Positions 1 through 11,100 of a stretch of DNA of 42,349 nucleotides are shown here, piece by piece. The DNA is from Gammaproteobacteria bacterium (lineage in GTDB: Bacteria > Pseudomonadota > Gammaproteobacteria > Natronospirales > REEB76), in assembly GCA_018971365.1 (NCBI GenBank), contig JAGXAZ010000002.1, forward strand, positions 1 to 42,349, written 5' to 3'. The position numbers were made by a program, and so were the translations under genes. The notes under the pieces are model-generated. The model saw only the letters and a program-made list of their open reading frames with translations, was not told the origin of the DNA and searched no databases. The first letter of the stretch is position 1; each line of letters begins with the position of its first letter.

Positions 1-832
1 CGGCCTGCAGCGCGAGCAGGTCGAGGCGTCGGTTCGGCAGATCGGCGAGCGCGGCATTCACAGTTGTGGCGGCAGGTGCGGCCGTCAGGGCGGGTGCTTC
101 GAGTTGCCACGGTTGCCCCGCCTGAACGCGGAGCAGCGTTGCAAGCGTGCTCTCGGCCTGAACTTCGCGGTCGGCGGCGTTCTGCAATCGCGAACGGACG
201 CTTGCGGCCTGTGTGAGCGCTTGCTGATACAGAACGGCCGCCAGCGCGCCAGCGGCATGGGCTTTGAGTGCGCCGGCAAGCACCGCCTGCGCAGCCTGGT
301 TTTCCGCTTGCAGGTTTTGCACCTCACGCATGGCCGACCAGGCATCGAGATAAGTCAAGCGCGCCTTGAGTGCGACCTGCTCGGCCTGCCAGCGCCAGGA
401 CAGCAGGGTTTCCGCGTAGTGCGCCGCGGCGGCCGAGTGCAGGTCGCCGCGCGTGATGAGCGCGACGAGATCCTCGGCCAGATTCGCACTCCAGGCATTG
501 TGGTGATCCGAAGGCACCCCGCCGTTGAACGGATGATCCAGTGACAGTGCGAGCGTGGGATCCGGCAACAGACCAGCGTTGTAAGCTTCGGCTTGAGCCA
601 CCTTAACTTGCGCACGTGCGGCAGCGAGATCGGGATCGTGCATGACAGCAAGTTCAGCCGCCTGTCGCAAGTCAAGCCGTGACGGCACAGTTGCCGTGGT
701 CTGCGTGCTGGTCGCGCTTGAAGCGAGGTCTGGCCCGGCAGGCAGCGGACGCGCTTGATAGGCCGCGCAGCCCGAAAACGCCACGTATATCAGCACGACC
801 GGAAACCAGCGGCTTGTGACACTGAAGTGCAT
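1..832 (-). CDS. Outer-membrane efflux lipoprotein (TolC/NodT/CzcC-type outer membrane factor); 5' end complete, 3' end runs off the left window edge
   Basis: Absent from the ORF track because no stop lies in the window. My own translation starts at the reverse-strand ATG at 832-830 and stays open down to base 2 (277 codons). It reads MHFSVTSRWFPVVLIYVAFSGCAAYQARPLP (signal plus lipobox FSGC) ... AELAVMHDPDLAAARAQVKVAQAEAYNAGLLPDPTL ... ALADLPNRRLDLLALQA. The motif order matches the complete OMF at 5780-7135. Divergent from RR1. Confidence 0.7.
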   Translation of the reverse strand, partial: MHFSVTSRWFPVVLIYVAFSGCAAYQARPLPAGPDLASSATSTQTTATVPSRLDLRQAAELAVMHDPDLAAARAQVKVAQAEAYNAGLLPDPTLALSLDHPFNGGVPSDHHNAWSANLAEDLVALITRGDLHSAAAAHYAETLLSWRWQAEQVALKARLTYLDAWSAMREVQNLQAENQAAQAVLAGALKAHAAGALAAVLYQQALTQAASVRSRLQNAADREVQAESTLATLLRVQAGQPWQLEAPALTAAPAATTVNAALADLPNRRLDLLALQA

Positions 833-974
833 GGATAAAATTCGATTTCCGTCAAATGGCCGTGGTTATTCTAAGTTCCCCGGACCGGCCGCGTCCCGGC
901 ATGCTCATTAACACTTGGTAATAATCGTCATGCACGGCTGGCCGACAGAGGCCGGCTTGCCCTATGCTCTGTGC

Positions 975-1655
975 ATGCATTTGCTGATCATCGAAGATGA
1001 CGCGGAAACCGCCGCCTACCTGGTAAACGGGCTGCAGGAAAGTGGACATGCGGCGCAGCATGCCGGCGACGGCCCCACCGGCCTGCAAGCCGCCCAGGCT
1101 GCCCGCTACGACGCGCTGGTCGTGGACCGCATGCTGCCGGGGCTGGACGGGCTGAGCTTGGTCAGGAAACTGCGCGACGCGGGCAACACCACACCGGTAC
1201 TGTTTTTGACGGCGCTCGCGGATGTGGATGACCGCGTGATGGGTCTGCAAAGCGGCGGCGACGATTACCTTGCCAAGCCCTTCGCGTTCGCCGAATTGCT
1301 GGCGCGGCTCGCCGCCATAGTGCGGCGCCACGGCGCGCCCGAGCCTGCCATGCAGATCAAAGTGGCCGACCTGGAAATGGACCGGCTCAAGCGCAGCGTC
1401 AAACGCGCCGGCCAGCCAATCGCCCTGCAGGCGCGCGAATTCCGCCTGCTGGAATATCTGATGCTGCACGCCGGCCAGACGGTGACGCGCGCCATGCTGC
1501 TGGAACAGGTCTGGGGTTATCACTTCGACCCGCAGACCAACGTGATTGACGTGCACCTGAGCCGCCTGCGCACCAAGATCGACAAGCACTCCGTGCAGCC
1601 GCTGATCCACACGGTGCGCGGTACCGGTTACCGCCTCGGTGAATCCCCGCCGTGA
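975..1655 (+). CDS. OmpR-family response regulator (RR1; REC plus winged-helix)
   Basis: ORF 915-1655. I prefer the internal ATG at 975 (MHLLIIEDD...), the usual REC N-terminus. Motifs: DRMLPGLDG, PVLFLTA, GGDDYLAKPF, C-terminal VWGYHFDPQTNVIDVHLSRLRTKID...TVRGTGYRL. The TGA stop overlaps the GTG start of HK1 (GTGA at 1652-1655). Confidence 0.9.
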   Translation: MHLLIIEDDAETAAYLVNGLQESGHAAQHAGDGPTGLQAAQAARYDALVVDRMLPGLDGLSLVRKLRDAGNTTPVLFLTALADVDDRVMGLQSGGDDYLAKPFAFAELLARLAAIVRRHGAPEPAMQIKVADLEMDRLKRSVKRAGQPIALQAREFRLLEYLMLHAGQTVTRAMLLEQVWGYHFDPQTNVIDVHLSRLRTKIDKHSVQPLIHTVRGTGYRLGESPP

Positions 1656-3070
1656 ACCAGATCCGATTGGTCCACACCACCGCCTTCCGGCTGGCGATGC
1701 GCTATACCGGTTTCGTGTGCCTGCTCACTATCGTGTGCTTCGCCATCATCTACTGGGTCACGATTTCGCAGCTCAACACCCAGATTGATGCCGGCCTGCG
1801 CGCGGAGAGCACCGCTCTCACGCGCCTGTATGCCTTGAAAGGCATCAGCGGGCTGCAACAGACCATCGCCGCACTCAGCACCACTAAGAGTCTCGCCGCG
1901 AGCGACACTGGCGATGCCGGCCCGCGCCAGTATCTGCTGACTGATGCGCACTTCCGGACATTGGCCGGATCGCTCACGGATTGGCCGGCAGGCATCGCCG
2001 CTCAAGACGAAGTCTGGACCACACTGCGGCTACGCGCGCTGCCCGGTCAGCCCGGATTGGATGCCGAACATCATCACTTCGAAATGCGCGCGGTGGCGCT
2101 CGCCCTACCAAAGGGCTATCACCTGCTCGTGGGTCAGTCTCTCGACGAGCTGATCGAGCTGCGCAACACCATTCTGGTGCTGACCGCGGCGGCTGTGGTG
2201 CTGGTGCTGATCGTGGGCATTCTCGGCGGGGCGCTAGTCGGTTACGGCGTACTGCGGCGGTTGCAAAACGTGACGCGCACCGCCGACACCATCATGGCCG
2301 GCGATCTCTCGCAGCGCATTCCCGAAGAGCACGGTGAGGACGAATTCGACGCGCTCGCCGGCAAGCTGAACGCCATGTTGGAGCGCATCGAGCAGCTCAT
2401 GCAGGCTGCGCGTGAAGTCACCGAGAACGTGGCCCACGACCTGCGCAGTCCCCTTACCCGCCTGCGCGGCCGCGCCGAGATGGCGCTCATGAAAGGCGGC
2501 GACGCGATGCGCCAGCGTGAGGCGCTGCAAAAGTCCATAGAGGAAACCGACGGCATCGTGGCCACACTGAACGCCATCCTGAGCATCGCCCAGATCGAAT
2601 CCGGTAAGCGCCGCGACTGGAAGCCGGTGGATCTCGCAGCGGTATGCCACGATGCAGCGGAACTCTATGCACCGCTGGCGGAGGAAAAATCCCTGAAATT
2701 CTCCGCTGACACAGGCAACGTACCTGCCGTCACGGGCAATCGCCAGTTGCTTGCCCAGGCGGTCGGCAACCTGCTCGACAACGCCATCAAGTACACTCCC
2801 ACCGGCGGTCGCATCACACTCAGCCTCACGGCCAACGGCCCGCAATCAGTCATTACGGTGGCTGATAGCGGCCCCGGCATTCCGCCGGAGTTGCGCGAAA
2901 AAGCCCTGGAGCGTTTCACGCGGCTGGACACCAGTCGCAGCACGCCCGGTAACGGCCTCGGCTTGTCATTGGTGAAAGCCGTGGCTGAACATCATGGTGC
3001 GCTCTTCGCTCTTGAGGACAACCACCCAGGTTTGCGCGTCAGCCTGACATTTCGCAGCCGACCAGCGTGA
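1652..3070 (+). CDS. Sensor histidine kinase (HK1; 2 TM, HAMP, HisKA, HATPase_c)
   Basis: 472-aa ORF. H-box VAHDLRSPLTRLRG, N-box LLDNAIKYTP, G1 VADSGPGIP, G2 GNGLGLSLV; HAMP-like GDLSQRIPEEHGEDEFDALAGKLNAMLERI. Start is coupled to RR1. Confidence 0.9.
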   Translation: MNQIRLVHTTAFRLAMRYTGFVCLLTIVCFAIIYWVTISQLNTQIDAGLRAESTALTRLYALKGISGLQQTIAALSTTKSLAASDTGDAGPRQYLLTDAHFRTLAGSLTDWPAGIAAQDEVWTTLRLRALPGQPGLDAEHHHFEMRAVALALPKGYHLLVGQSLDELIELRNTILVLTAAAVVLVLIVGILGGALVGYGVLRRLQNVTRTADTIMAGDLSQRIPEEHGEDEFDALAGKLNAMLERIEQLMQAAREVTENVAHDLRSPLTRLRGRAEMALMKGGDAMRQREALQKSIEETDGIVATLNAILSIAQIESGKRRDWKPVDLAAVCHDAAELYAPLAEEKSLKFSADTGNVPAVTGNRQLLAQAVGNLLDNAIKYTPTGGRITLSLTANGPQSVITVADSGPGIPPELREKALERFTRLDTSRSTPGNGLGLSLVKAVAEHHGALFALEDNHPGLRVSLTFRSRPA

Positions 3071-3444
3071 TGCGTCCCGCGCCTTGCATCGCGACCTTGC
3101 TGGCCTTGCCGGTTGCAGCGTTTGCCGCCAGCGGCCCGCTTGGCATTGACCACCGCCTGCCCTACGACAACTCCGGCATCTGGGCGCGTCACAATCAACT
3201 GGCGCTGGAAGACGGCGTGATTCTTACGGAACTGGGCGGTGCGCTCTGGCTCGGCGGCCAGAATCAACTCGGCAAAACTTTCTGGCAATCCATTGATTCC
3301 TCGGCCTTCACTGCGCTCACCGTGCAAGGCATGAAATACGCCTTTGGTCGCGAACGGCCTTCACAGACCGACAATCCCAACGAATGGTTCAAGGGCGGCC
3401 AAAGTTTTCCCAGCGGCGAAGTCGCCTTGCAGGCAAGTTTTTGA
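3067..3444 (+). pseudogene. Truncated PAP2-family phosphatase (125 codons; has the KX6RP and PSG motifs, lacks the RX5HX3D motif)
   Basis: The ORF is intact but stops immediately after residue F125. Residues 21-125 are 100% identical to residues 34-138 of the full-length 216-aa PAP2 at 11326-11976, which continues for 78 more residues including ARMKTQGHWQTD. Start overlaps the HK1 stop (gtgatg at 3067-3072). It could still be expressed as a short secreted protein. Confidence 0.55.
3127..3441 (+). repeat. Direct repeat copy 1 (315 bp, PAP2 coding segment)
   Basis: My codon-by-codon alignment to 11425-11739 gives 20 nucleotide differences, all synonymous. There is a perfectly identical 122-nt core (3175-3296 = 11473-11594). 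Similarity stops sharply at both ends. Confidence 0.9.
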
Positions 3445-3614
3445 GTTCAGGCAGGATGTGTTTGTGCACCCTCTCAAAACTACAATCTGACGGTACTCGC
3501 GCGTGCCCTCCGCGTATTTCAAGCGCGATAGCAGCCTTATTTCGGGCATGACACCGCCGGCTGCTATAGTAATTCTTCGTGGCAGCCATAGTTTGCCCTG
3601 TCAGCGGTCATTTC

Positions 3615-4286
3615 ATGTCCATCCTGATCATCGAAGACGAACCCAAAACCGCCGCTTACCTGCATAAGGGGCTCACGGAAAACGGCTATCAGGTAGACGT
3701 GGCCGCCACCGGCAACGACGGCTTGCATCTGGGCAGCGAGGGCACTTATGAGCTGATGATCCTGGACGTGATGCTGCCGGACCGTGACGGCTGGTCGGTT
3801 CTCGACGAGTTGAGGCGCCATGGGGTGCAGACACCGGTGCTGTTTCTTACCGCCCGCGATGCCGTTGAGGACCGGGTGCGCGGCCTGGAACTCGGCGCGG
3901 ACGATTATCTGGTCAAGCCGTTTGCGTTTTCCGAGTTGTTGGCGCGGATGCGCTCGCTGTTGCGACGCCGTTCGCTGCGTGGCGACGAATTACTGCAAGT
4001 GGCCGACTTAGCGCTGGATTTCCTGCGTCACAAGGTGCAGCGTTCCGGCCGGCGCCTGAATCTCACGCCCAAGGAGTTTCTGTTGCTTGCGCTTCTGATG
4101 CAGCACCACGGCGAGGTGCTGTCACGCACGCAGATTGCCGAACAAGTGTGGGGCATCAACTTTGATACCGACACCAACGTGGTGGATGTGGCCATCAGGC
4201 GCCTGCGCACCAAAGTGGATGCCCCTTTCGGAGAGCCGCTTATCCACACGGTGCGCGGCACCGGTTATGTTCTGGAAAAGCGCTGA
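3615..4286 (+). CDS. Heavy-metal-type OmpR-family response regulator (RR2; CusR/CopR/CzcR-like)
   Basis: ORF 3579-4286. I prefer the ATG at 3615 ([25 protein letters not shown]...). Close in pattern to CusR as I recall it: [87 protein letters not shown]. Confidence 0.85.
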   Translation: MSILIIEDEPKTAAYLHKGLTENGYQVDVAATGNDGLHLGSEGTYELMILDVMLPDRDGWSVLDELRRHGVQTPVLFLTARDAVEDRVRGLELGADDYLVKPFAFSELLARMRSLLRRRSLRGDELLQVADLALDFLRHKVQRSGRRLNLTPKEFLLLALLMQHHGEVLSRTQIAEQVWGINFDTDTNVVDVAIRRLRTKVDAPFGEPLIHTVRGTGYVLEKR

Positions 4287-5742
4287 GTCCCCGCCGCGGA
4301 GACCGAGGCTCTCCATCGGCACACGATTGACGCTGCTTTACACGCTGACTTCCTTCGTGGCGGTGGCGGCATTCACGGGCGTCCTGTACTGGATGCTCAT
4401 GGTGAATTTCAACGCCGAGCACCTGCGCTTCCTGCGCAGCAAGGCCGAGGAGTTGACGGAGGATTTCCGGGACGGCGGCAATCGCCCAGAGGCTCTGCTC
4501 GCCGAAATCACCAAGGAAACCTCCGGCACCATCCTCAGTCAGTACCGCGCCAGGGTACTGACACCGCAGGACGGTGTATTCGGGGAGACGCCTACCATGG
4601 ACCACTTGCTGCCCACATCGGTCTTTCCGGCCGCGGTCGCGCTTGGCGCAATTGGCAAACGTGCGGTCCGCGACCGCTATGTCGGGGGTCGGCACTTCGT
4701 GCTCGCCGCCTTCCGGGTGTCGCCGCCCGATTCCGCGGGCCGCGCTTATACAGTCCAGCTTGCACTGGACGTAACCCGCGATGATGCCCTGCTGGCGGAT
4801 TACCGCCGCGGATTGTTGCTGTTTCTGACACTGCTTGTACCGGTGCTGGTGGCCGCCGGATATTTTGTCACCCACCGCGGCCTGCGGCCTCTGCAACGCA
4901 TCAGCCGGGCCGCGCAGGCGGTTACTCCCGCACGTCTCTCCGAGCGTATTCCGCTCGACCCGCCTTGGCCATCCGAGCTGGTGGAGCTGGTGCACGTCTT
5001 CAACGGCATGATGGCGCGACTGGAAGAAGCCTTCACCCGCCTGTCGCGCTTTTCCGCCGACCTCGCCCACGAGTTGCGCACCCCGCTCAACAACCTGATG
5101 GGCGAAGTAGAGGTGTGTCTGTCGCGTGAGCGCAATCCGCAGGACTACCGACAGGCGCTTGCCTCCAACCTTGAGGAGTGCCGCCGGTTGACGACGCTCA
5201 CTGAGAACCTGCTGTTCATCGCCCGAGCCGAGGAAGCTGGCCGCTCTGTCGGGATTACCGAGTTCGATGCGCGCGAGGCCTGTGAGCGGATACTCGCCTA
5301 CCACGCAACGGCCGCAGCGAATCGAGACGTGCGCCTGGTTTGCGAGGGTGAGGCTAGATTGCGCGCCGATCCAATTCTTTTTCGCCAAGCCCTGAGTAAT
5401 TTGCTCGCCAATGCCATCCGCCATTCACTCGCAGGCGGCGAGGTCCGCATTGCAGTGAGTAAGTCTCGGGCCGGAAATGTGGAAATCGAAGTCCGTGACC
5501 AGGGTGAAGGCATCGCTCCGGAACACCTGCCGCACGTGTTCGATCGTTTCTATCAAGCGGATCCCTCGCGCTCACCCCGCGGCCAGGGGACCGGCCTGGG
5601 CCTTTCGATTGTACGCTCCATCATGGAATTGCACGGCGGCACGGCCGGTCTTGAGAGCGAGCGGAATGTGGGCACGACGGTGAGGATTTGTTTTCCGACG
5701 GGAGTGCCATCAGCCAAGATGACAGAATTGTCATCTCTTTGA
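4267..5742 (+). CDS. Heavy-metal-type sensor histidine kinase (HK2; CusS/CopS-like)
   Basis: ORF 4135-5742. I prefer the ATG at 4267 ([27 protein letters not shown]..., matching the CusS-type N-terminus ending in a TM helix). It overlaps the RR2 3' end by 20 nt. H-box [62 protein letters not shown]. Confidence 0.85.
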   Translation: MFWKSAESPPRRPRLSIGTRLTLLYTLTSFVAVAAFTGVLYWMLMVNFNAEHLRFLRSKAEELTEDFRDGGNRPEALLAEITKETSGTILSQYRARVLTPQDGVFGETPTMDHLLPTSVFPAAVALGAIGKRAVRDRYVGGRHFVLAAFRVSPPDSAGRAYTVQLALDVTRDDALLADYRRGLLLFLTLLVPVLVAAGYFVTHRGLRPLQRISRAAQAVTPARLSERIPLDPPWPSELVELVHVFNGMMARLEEAFTRLSRFSADLAHELRTPLNNLMGEVEVCLSRERNPQDYRQALASNLEECRRLTTLTENLLFIARAEEAGRSVGITEFDAREACERILAYHATAAANRDVRLVCEGEARLRADPILFRQALSNLLANAIRHSLAGGEVRIAVSKSRAGNVEIEVRDQGEGIAPEHLPHVFDRFYQADPSRSPRGQGTGLGLSIVRSIMELHGGTAGLESERNVGTTVRICFPTGVPSAKMTELSSL

Positions 5743-5779
5743 CCAGAGGCTGTCATGTGGGCGGGGCTATTCTGTCCGC

Positions 5780-7135
5780 ATGCACTCGTGGCGCATCCCT
5801 CTACTGCTGCTAACCGACTTGGTGCTCGCGGGTTGTGCGACCTATTCGTCTTTGCCGCTGCCGCAGCACGCAAAACTCGCGGCCAGCACGCGCGCGCTCA
5901 CCGCGCCCGTCACGGCATTTGAAACTCCGGGCGTGCGCGCGGCACGCGTGGATCTCCGGCGTCCGCTCGATGCGACCGCGGTCGCGACACTGGCGGTGCT
6001 TAACGATCCAATGCTATCGGCAATGCGGACCGAGGCGGGCGTCGCCGCCGCACAAAGTTACGCAGCCGGCCTGCTACCGTGGCCCCAAATCACGCTCGGT
6101 GCGGGCCGGCCCGATCCGGCCGGCACAGGTCTCAGCAATCCGTGGTCACTGTCCCTGGAGCAGAATGTCGCCGCCCTGTTGCAGCACGGCGCGATCAAGC
6201 ACGCCGCGCAGGCTTCCCAGGCGCGCGTGCAACTCGACGTGATCTGGGATGAATGGCAGGTCGCGCAGCAGGCGCGATTTGTGTACGCGGACATTGAGGC
6301 GGACGTGGCAGAGCGCGCCGCCCTGCAACCACTCGTGGCACTGTATGCCGTCCATCTCAAGGCCGCGCAGGCGGGAGCTGCACAGGGCCGCGTACCGCAG
6401 AGCGCAGCCCTGGAGGCGAAAGCCACTTATGCCTCCTTCGTCACTCAGCTCAACGCGCTTCAGCTGCGGCATGACAAGGACATGGCGGTACTTCGAGGCT
6501 TGCTGGGGCTCGCGCCGCAGGCGCCTCTCAAACTCGCGCTCGACGACCATCCCTCCCTGATGGATACAAAAAACCTGCGGGAAGCGCTCGCCGCCCTGCC
6601 CCACCGGCGGCCCGATCTGATGGCGCTGGCCGCAGCCTATAAGAATGCGGATGAACGACTGCGCCAAGCCGTCGCGGCCCAGTTCCCGCTCATCGGGGTA
6701 TCTATACACCGGGAACGCGATACCGAAGGTGTGATCAGTAACGGCTTGTCGCTGACCTTGAACCTGCCGTTCCTCAACGGCGCCCGCGGTGAGGTGGCGG
6801 TGGCGCGCGCCACGCGGCAGACATTACACGCAACCTACCAAGCGCGGCTCGACGAGGCGGTAACCGAGACAACGGCTCTGAGCGAGGAAGCCGCTAGCCT
6901 GCAACGGCAAATCGTGCGCCTGCGGCAGACGTTGGGGCAGCTGCCGCCGGCTCCAAAAACCACTCTGGGCAACGTGACGTTCAACATCTTGGCCGCCTAC
7001 CTGACCCAGCGCAACCAAATTGCCGCACAGATCGCCCGCCTGCACTGTGACCTTGATCAAGCCACCATCGCCCTCGACACCCTAGTCGGCATGCCTCTGG
7101 ACAACACCCGCTCTCACCCGGCCCACTTCTTATGA
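5780..7135 (+). CDS. Outer-membrane efflux lipoprotein (CusC/CzcC-type OMF)
   Basis: 451 aa. Signal plus lipobox MHSWRIPLLLLTDLVLAGCATY. Two-repeat OMF pattern (LAVLNDPMLSAMRTEAGVAAAQ..., ALPHRRPDLMALAAAYKNADERLRQAVAAQFP). The stop overlaps the next start (ATGA at 7132-7135). Confidence 0.85.
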   Translation: MHSWRIPLLLLTDLVLAGCATYSSLPLPQHAKLAASTRALTAPVTAFETPGVRAARVDLRRPLDATAVATLAVLNDPMLSAMRTEAGVAAAQSYAAGLLPWPQITLGAGRPDPAGTGLSNPWSLSLEQNVAALLQHGAIKHAAQASQARVQLDVIWDEWQVAQQARFVYADIEADVAERAALQPLVALYAVHLKAAQAGAAQGRVPQSAALEAKATYASFVTQLNALQLRHDKDMAVLRGLLGLAPQAPLKLALDDHPSLMDTKNLREALAALPHRRPDLMALAAAYKNADERLRQAVAAQFPLIGVSIHRERDTEGVISNGLSLTLNLPFLNGARGEVAVARATRQTLHATYQARLDEAVTETTALSEEAASLQRQIVRLRQTLGQLPPAPKTTLGNVTFNILAAYLTQRNQIAAQIARLHCDLDQATIALDTLVGMPLDNTRSHPAHFL

Positions 7136-8130
7136 ACATCATTGTTCGAGTTGCCATCTCAGGCTTCGTTCTGTTTTGCTTTGCGATGCCGGCAGAGCAG
7201 ACCGTGGCGGCACCCGCGGGCACCATAAAGGTCGCGCTGCATTCTTTCACGCCCGAGTACTACGCCTACGCGCAAGTTGAGCCGCAAAGGGTGGTGGTCG
7301 TTAAGGCAGCAACCACTGGTGTGATTGCGGCGTTGCGGGTGCTTCCCGGCGAGCGGGTACATGCCGGTGAGGCTCTAGCCAAGCTCACGGGCCCAGACTA
7401 CCGCACTGGTCTTGCCGCCGCCCTTGCCCGGCGCAATGCGGCGCGCAGCAACCTCGCCGTCACACAGGGAAATTACCCGCAGTTCAGTAGCGCCCAGGAT
7501 GTATCGAACGCACGTGCCGCACTGGCCGAAGCCCAGTCCGCTCTGAGCCGCCTGCGCACCGCGGGGCTTCTCTTGGCGCCAGTTGGTGGCATCGTGCTCG
7601 GCGTCGCAGTCGCCAACGGCGAACGGGTCGCCGCGGAGCAATCCTTGATTACCTTGCAACCTTCCCGGCAACTCTGGCTGCGGGCTGCCTACTACGGAGC
7701 CGATGTCGGCGCGATTCACGCAGACATGACCGGCAAATTTTCTCCGGCGGACGGCAGCCCGCCGATTCCGGTCAAGGTCGCGACGGTCTTCGGCGCGCTC
7801 GCGCCGGACGGCGGCGAGTCCATCGGATTACTCGCTGCAACTCCAGCGCCCGCCTGGCTCAACGGCCAGTTCGGCACGGTTACGTTGAACGGGCCGACTC
7901 GGCAACTGGTGGCCGTGCCGACGCGTGCACTCATTCTCGACCGGGGACGATGGTGGGTATTGGTACGCACACCACGAAGCCTGCGCCCACAGCAAGTGGT
8001 GCCCGGCCCCGCGCATGGCTGGCAGACCTTTATCGAGCACGGACTCGCGCCAGGCGTAGACGTAGTCGTAGATAACGCCTACCTCAAATTCCATCGCGCT
8101 ATTTCCAAGAACTACACGCCGCCAGATTGA
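7132..8130 (+). CDS. Efflux RND periplasmic adaptor (membrane fusion protein, CusB/CzcB-like)
   Basis: 332 aa. N-terminal signal/anchor. Barrel-sandwich-like segments (VKAATTGVIAALRVLPGERVHAGEALAKL ... LLAPVGGIVLGVAVANGERV). Sits between the OMF and the RND pump. Confidence 0.8.
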   Translation: MNIIVRVAISGFVLFCFAMPAEQTVAAPAGTIKVALHSFTPEYYAYAQVEPQRVVVVKAATTGVIAALRVLPGERVHAGEALAKLTGPDYRTGLAAALARRNAARSNLAVTQGNYPQFSSAQDVSNARAALAEAQSALSRLRTAGLLLAPVGGIVLGVAVANGERVAAEQSLITLQPSRQLWLRAAYYGADVGAIHADMTGKFSPADGSPPIPVKVATVFGALAPDGGESIGLLAATPAPAWLNGQFGTVTLNGPTRQLVAVPTRALILDRGRWWVLVRTPRSLRPQQVVPGPAHGWQTFIEHGLAPGVDVVVDNAYLKFHRAISKNYTPPD

Positions 8131-8134
8131 TCAG

Positions 8135-11100
8135 ATGAACGATAAATCCGGTTTCCGGCGTGTGCTGCGGCGCCCCTTATTGTGGGTACTGATTTTTGGC
8201 GCATTGATCGCCTTCGGGTTATATGCCTTCAAGCGAATCCCATTCGAAGTGCTGCCACGTTTTAATTTTCCCCAAATCAGCGTCATCACCCATGAGCCGG
8301 GCGCGACCGCCGCCGAACTGGAAACCCAAATCGCCCGGCCGATTGAAGGCGAGATTTTCACCCTGCCCAATCTGGCGAGCGTGCGTTCAGTCATGGGCAA
8401 CGGCTTGGTAGAAACCGACGTCCGTTTCCGCTCCGGAACCGACCCGCAGCAAGACCTGCTGGCGGTCAACGGTGCTATTGATCGCGCCCGCGGCCAACTG
8501 CCCGCCAGCGCGCAACCGTTCGCCGAAATCATGGGTAACGCCATCAACGAAGTGGCGGATTACACGGCGCAAATCCCCGCCGGGGTCGCGCCCGCGGAAG
8601 TGGAGCGCGCGGCGCTCGCCAGCGTAGTGCCCGCCCTGCGCGCCGTGCCGGGCGTTCAGCGGGTGGAACTGTTCGGCGCTGGCGCCGAAGCCCTCTGGGT
8701 GCAGCCGAATCTTGCCGCTTTGCACCGCTATCGCGTGCCCGTCACTGCCCTCACCCAAGCGATCAAGGATCAGGTCTTGCTCCAGCCGGGCGGCTACATC
8801 GTACAAGGCCATCAGGATGTGCTCATCGAGGCGCGCCACCTGCCGGTGCACATCGCGCAACTGGAACAAATCCCGGTGCCCGGCCCGAATGGGCCGATTC
8901 CGCTCACGAACCTGGCGCATGTGGTGCGCGCAGCCACCCCTACGCACAACGCCGTGTTGCTTGACGGGCACCCGGCCGTCGCCTTGGTCATCATTAAACA
9001 ACCCAACGCGTCCACTGTACCAGTCACACAGGCGGTCCAATCCGCGCTCGATGCAACCTCGAACCAACTGCCTGCCGGTGTGCACTGGATCCACATGTAT
9101 AACCAGGGGCATCTCGTCCACGTCGTCGGGACGGACTTGGGTCGAAATCTGATCTTGGGCGGTGCGCTCGCAGTCCTGGTGTTGTTCTGGGTGCTGGGCG
9201 CAGGCCGGGGCATCTGGGTGCTCGCGTGCAGCATTCCATTGTCGTTGCTCCTCGGGATCGCCGCGCTCTATGTTACCGGACAAAGCCTCAATCTGATGAC
9301 GCTCGGCGCGCTGACGGTCGCCGTGGGGATGCTCGCGGACGACGCCATCATCGTGCTGGAAAGCATTTATCACCGCTGGGAGCAAGGCGACGCACGCTGG
9401 ATGGGCGTGTGGCAAGGATTGAAGGACATCGCCATTCCCGACTTGACCGCGACACTCACGACCGTGGCGGTGTTTGTACCTCTGCTCTTTGTCGGTGGTC
9501 TCGCCGGACTTTTTTTTATTCCGTTTGCGCTGGCCATGACGCTGGTGCTGCTCGCGTCGCTCGCGGTGTCGCTAAGTTTCATTCCGCTGAGCCTCGGGTT
9601 CATTGGAGCGCGGCCACGCCGCCGGCCGAGTATCGGAGGCAGGATGCTCGAACGGTCGCGGCGGCTAAATGAGAAGCTGTTCAACCTCGTTTCACGCGGA
9701 CCGCGATTGAGCCTCGCAATCACTTTCGGCGTTTTGATTCTCAGCCTGGCCGGGCTGGCATTGGTAAAAGTGAACTTTTTGCCATTGCCGAATGAAGGCG
9801 TACTGCTCGAAAGTTTCACCCTGCCACCCGGCACCTCGCTACTGGACACGCAAGCCGCAGTGCAAAAAATCACCGCGCGGCTCCGCGCCGACCCGGCCGT
9901 GGCCCGCGTTTCGGCGCGCATCGGCTCGGCATCCGGCACCGCCTATACCGAACCCGCTTATGCCGGAGAGATCGAGATTTTGCTCAAACCCGGCATCCAC
10001 GTGAACAGCCTCGATACGATCGGTCGGCGAGTGCTGATGGAGTCGCACCTGACCGGTGTGCAGTTGGCGCTCGACACACCTACCCTCGAGCGCGTGGGCG
10101 AAAGCCTGTCCGGCCTGCCGCAACCGTTTGTGCTACATGTCTTCGGCAGCAGCATCAACGAGTTGCGCACCGTCGCCGACGAGGTCACCGCGCGGCTGCA
10201 CGCGGTTCCGTCGTTGACTTCCATCTTCAACGACGACGGCTATCCGGTGACGCAATTGCAATTGCAGCCCAAGACGGCCGCGCTCGCCGCCTACGGACTG
10301 ACGCCGGCCGAGTTGTACGCGCAGGTCAATCCGCTGCTGCACGGCGAAGTCGTCACGCAAGTGCCGCTCGGCATCGTCCCGCTGGACATTTATATACGCC
10401 TGGCCGATGCACCCCGCAAAACGCTGCGCAAATTGGGCGAAGTGCCGATTCAGACCGATCCGCCGATCGGAACCAAGACCGGGGGCTGGACACCGCTTGC
10501 TCAACTGGCCGAACTCAAGCTCGCCACGACGCCCAATCAAATCCGCCACATCGGCGGCGCACGGGCACTGGACATTTACGCCACTCCGACCGGGCCGCTC
10601 GGCGGCACCATCGCGGCGGCCAAACGTGCGCTGGCTGGCCTGAAACTTCCTCCCGGTTACCGCGTGGCGTTCGGCGGGCTGTATCCGGAACTGGTGGCGG
10701 CGGCCGAAGGATTGGGCGTGGCGGCGCTCGCGGCAATGGTGCTGATGGCGGGGATCCTGATTCTGCAATTCGAGGGCCTGCTGGTACCGGGTATCTTGCT
10801 GTTGGAAATTCCGCTGGCCTTGATGGGCGGCGCAATTGCCCTGATCATCACCGGCGTGGGATTGAATGCGACTGGCATGGTGGCGTTTCTGACGCTGATT
10901 GGCATCGGACTGCGCCACGGCATCGTGCTGCTCGACCGCGTGCGGCGCAACGAAGCCGCCGGGATGCCGTTGGAGGAAGCGGTGCACGAAGGCATCCACG
11001 TACGGTTCCGCCCGATTGTACTCACAGCGCTGACGGCAATGCTCGGAATGTTGCCGACGGCGCTGGGCTGGGGTCAGGGCGCAGCGCCCGAACAAGGATT

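Noticed and set aside
852-1610. 252-aa ORF antisense to RR1. The same type occurs at 4240-5424, 8387-9415, 10133-11326 and 2234-2845, antisense to HK2, the RND pump and HK1.
   Set aside because: Each lies opposite a CDS with unmistakable family motifs. Their Arg/Ala/Gly/His-rich composition and lack of any domain pattern are typical shadow ORFs of GC-rich DNA.
3445-3614. CusR/CopR operator (copper box) and sigma70 promoter in the lower-GC spacer upstream of RR2.
   Set aside because: Good -10-like hexamers exist (TACAAT at 3481-3486, TATAGT at 3565-3570) but without acceptable -35 spacing. I found no palindrome resembling the CusR box (AAAATGACAAnnTTGTCATTTT) beyond a partial GGTCATTTC overlapping the start codon.
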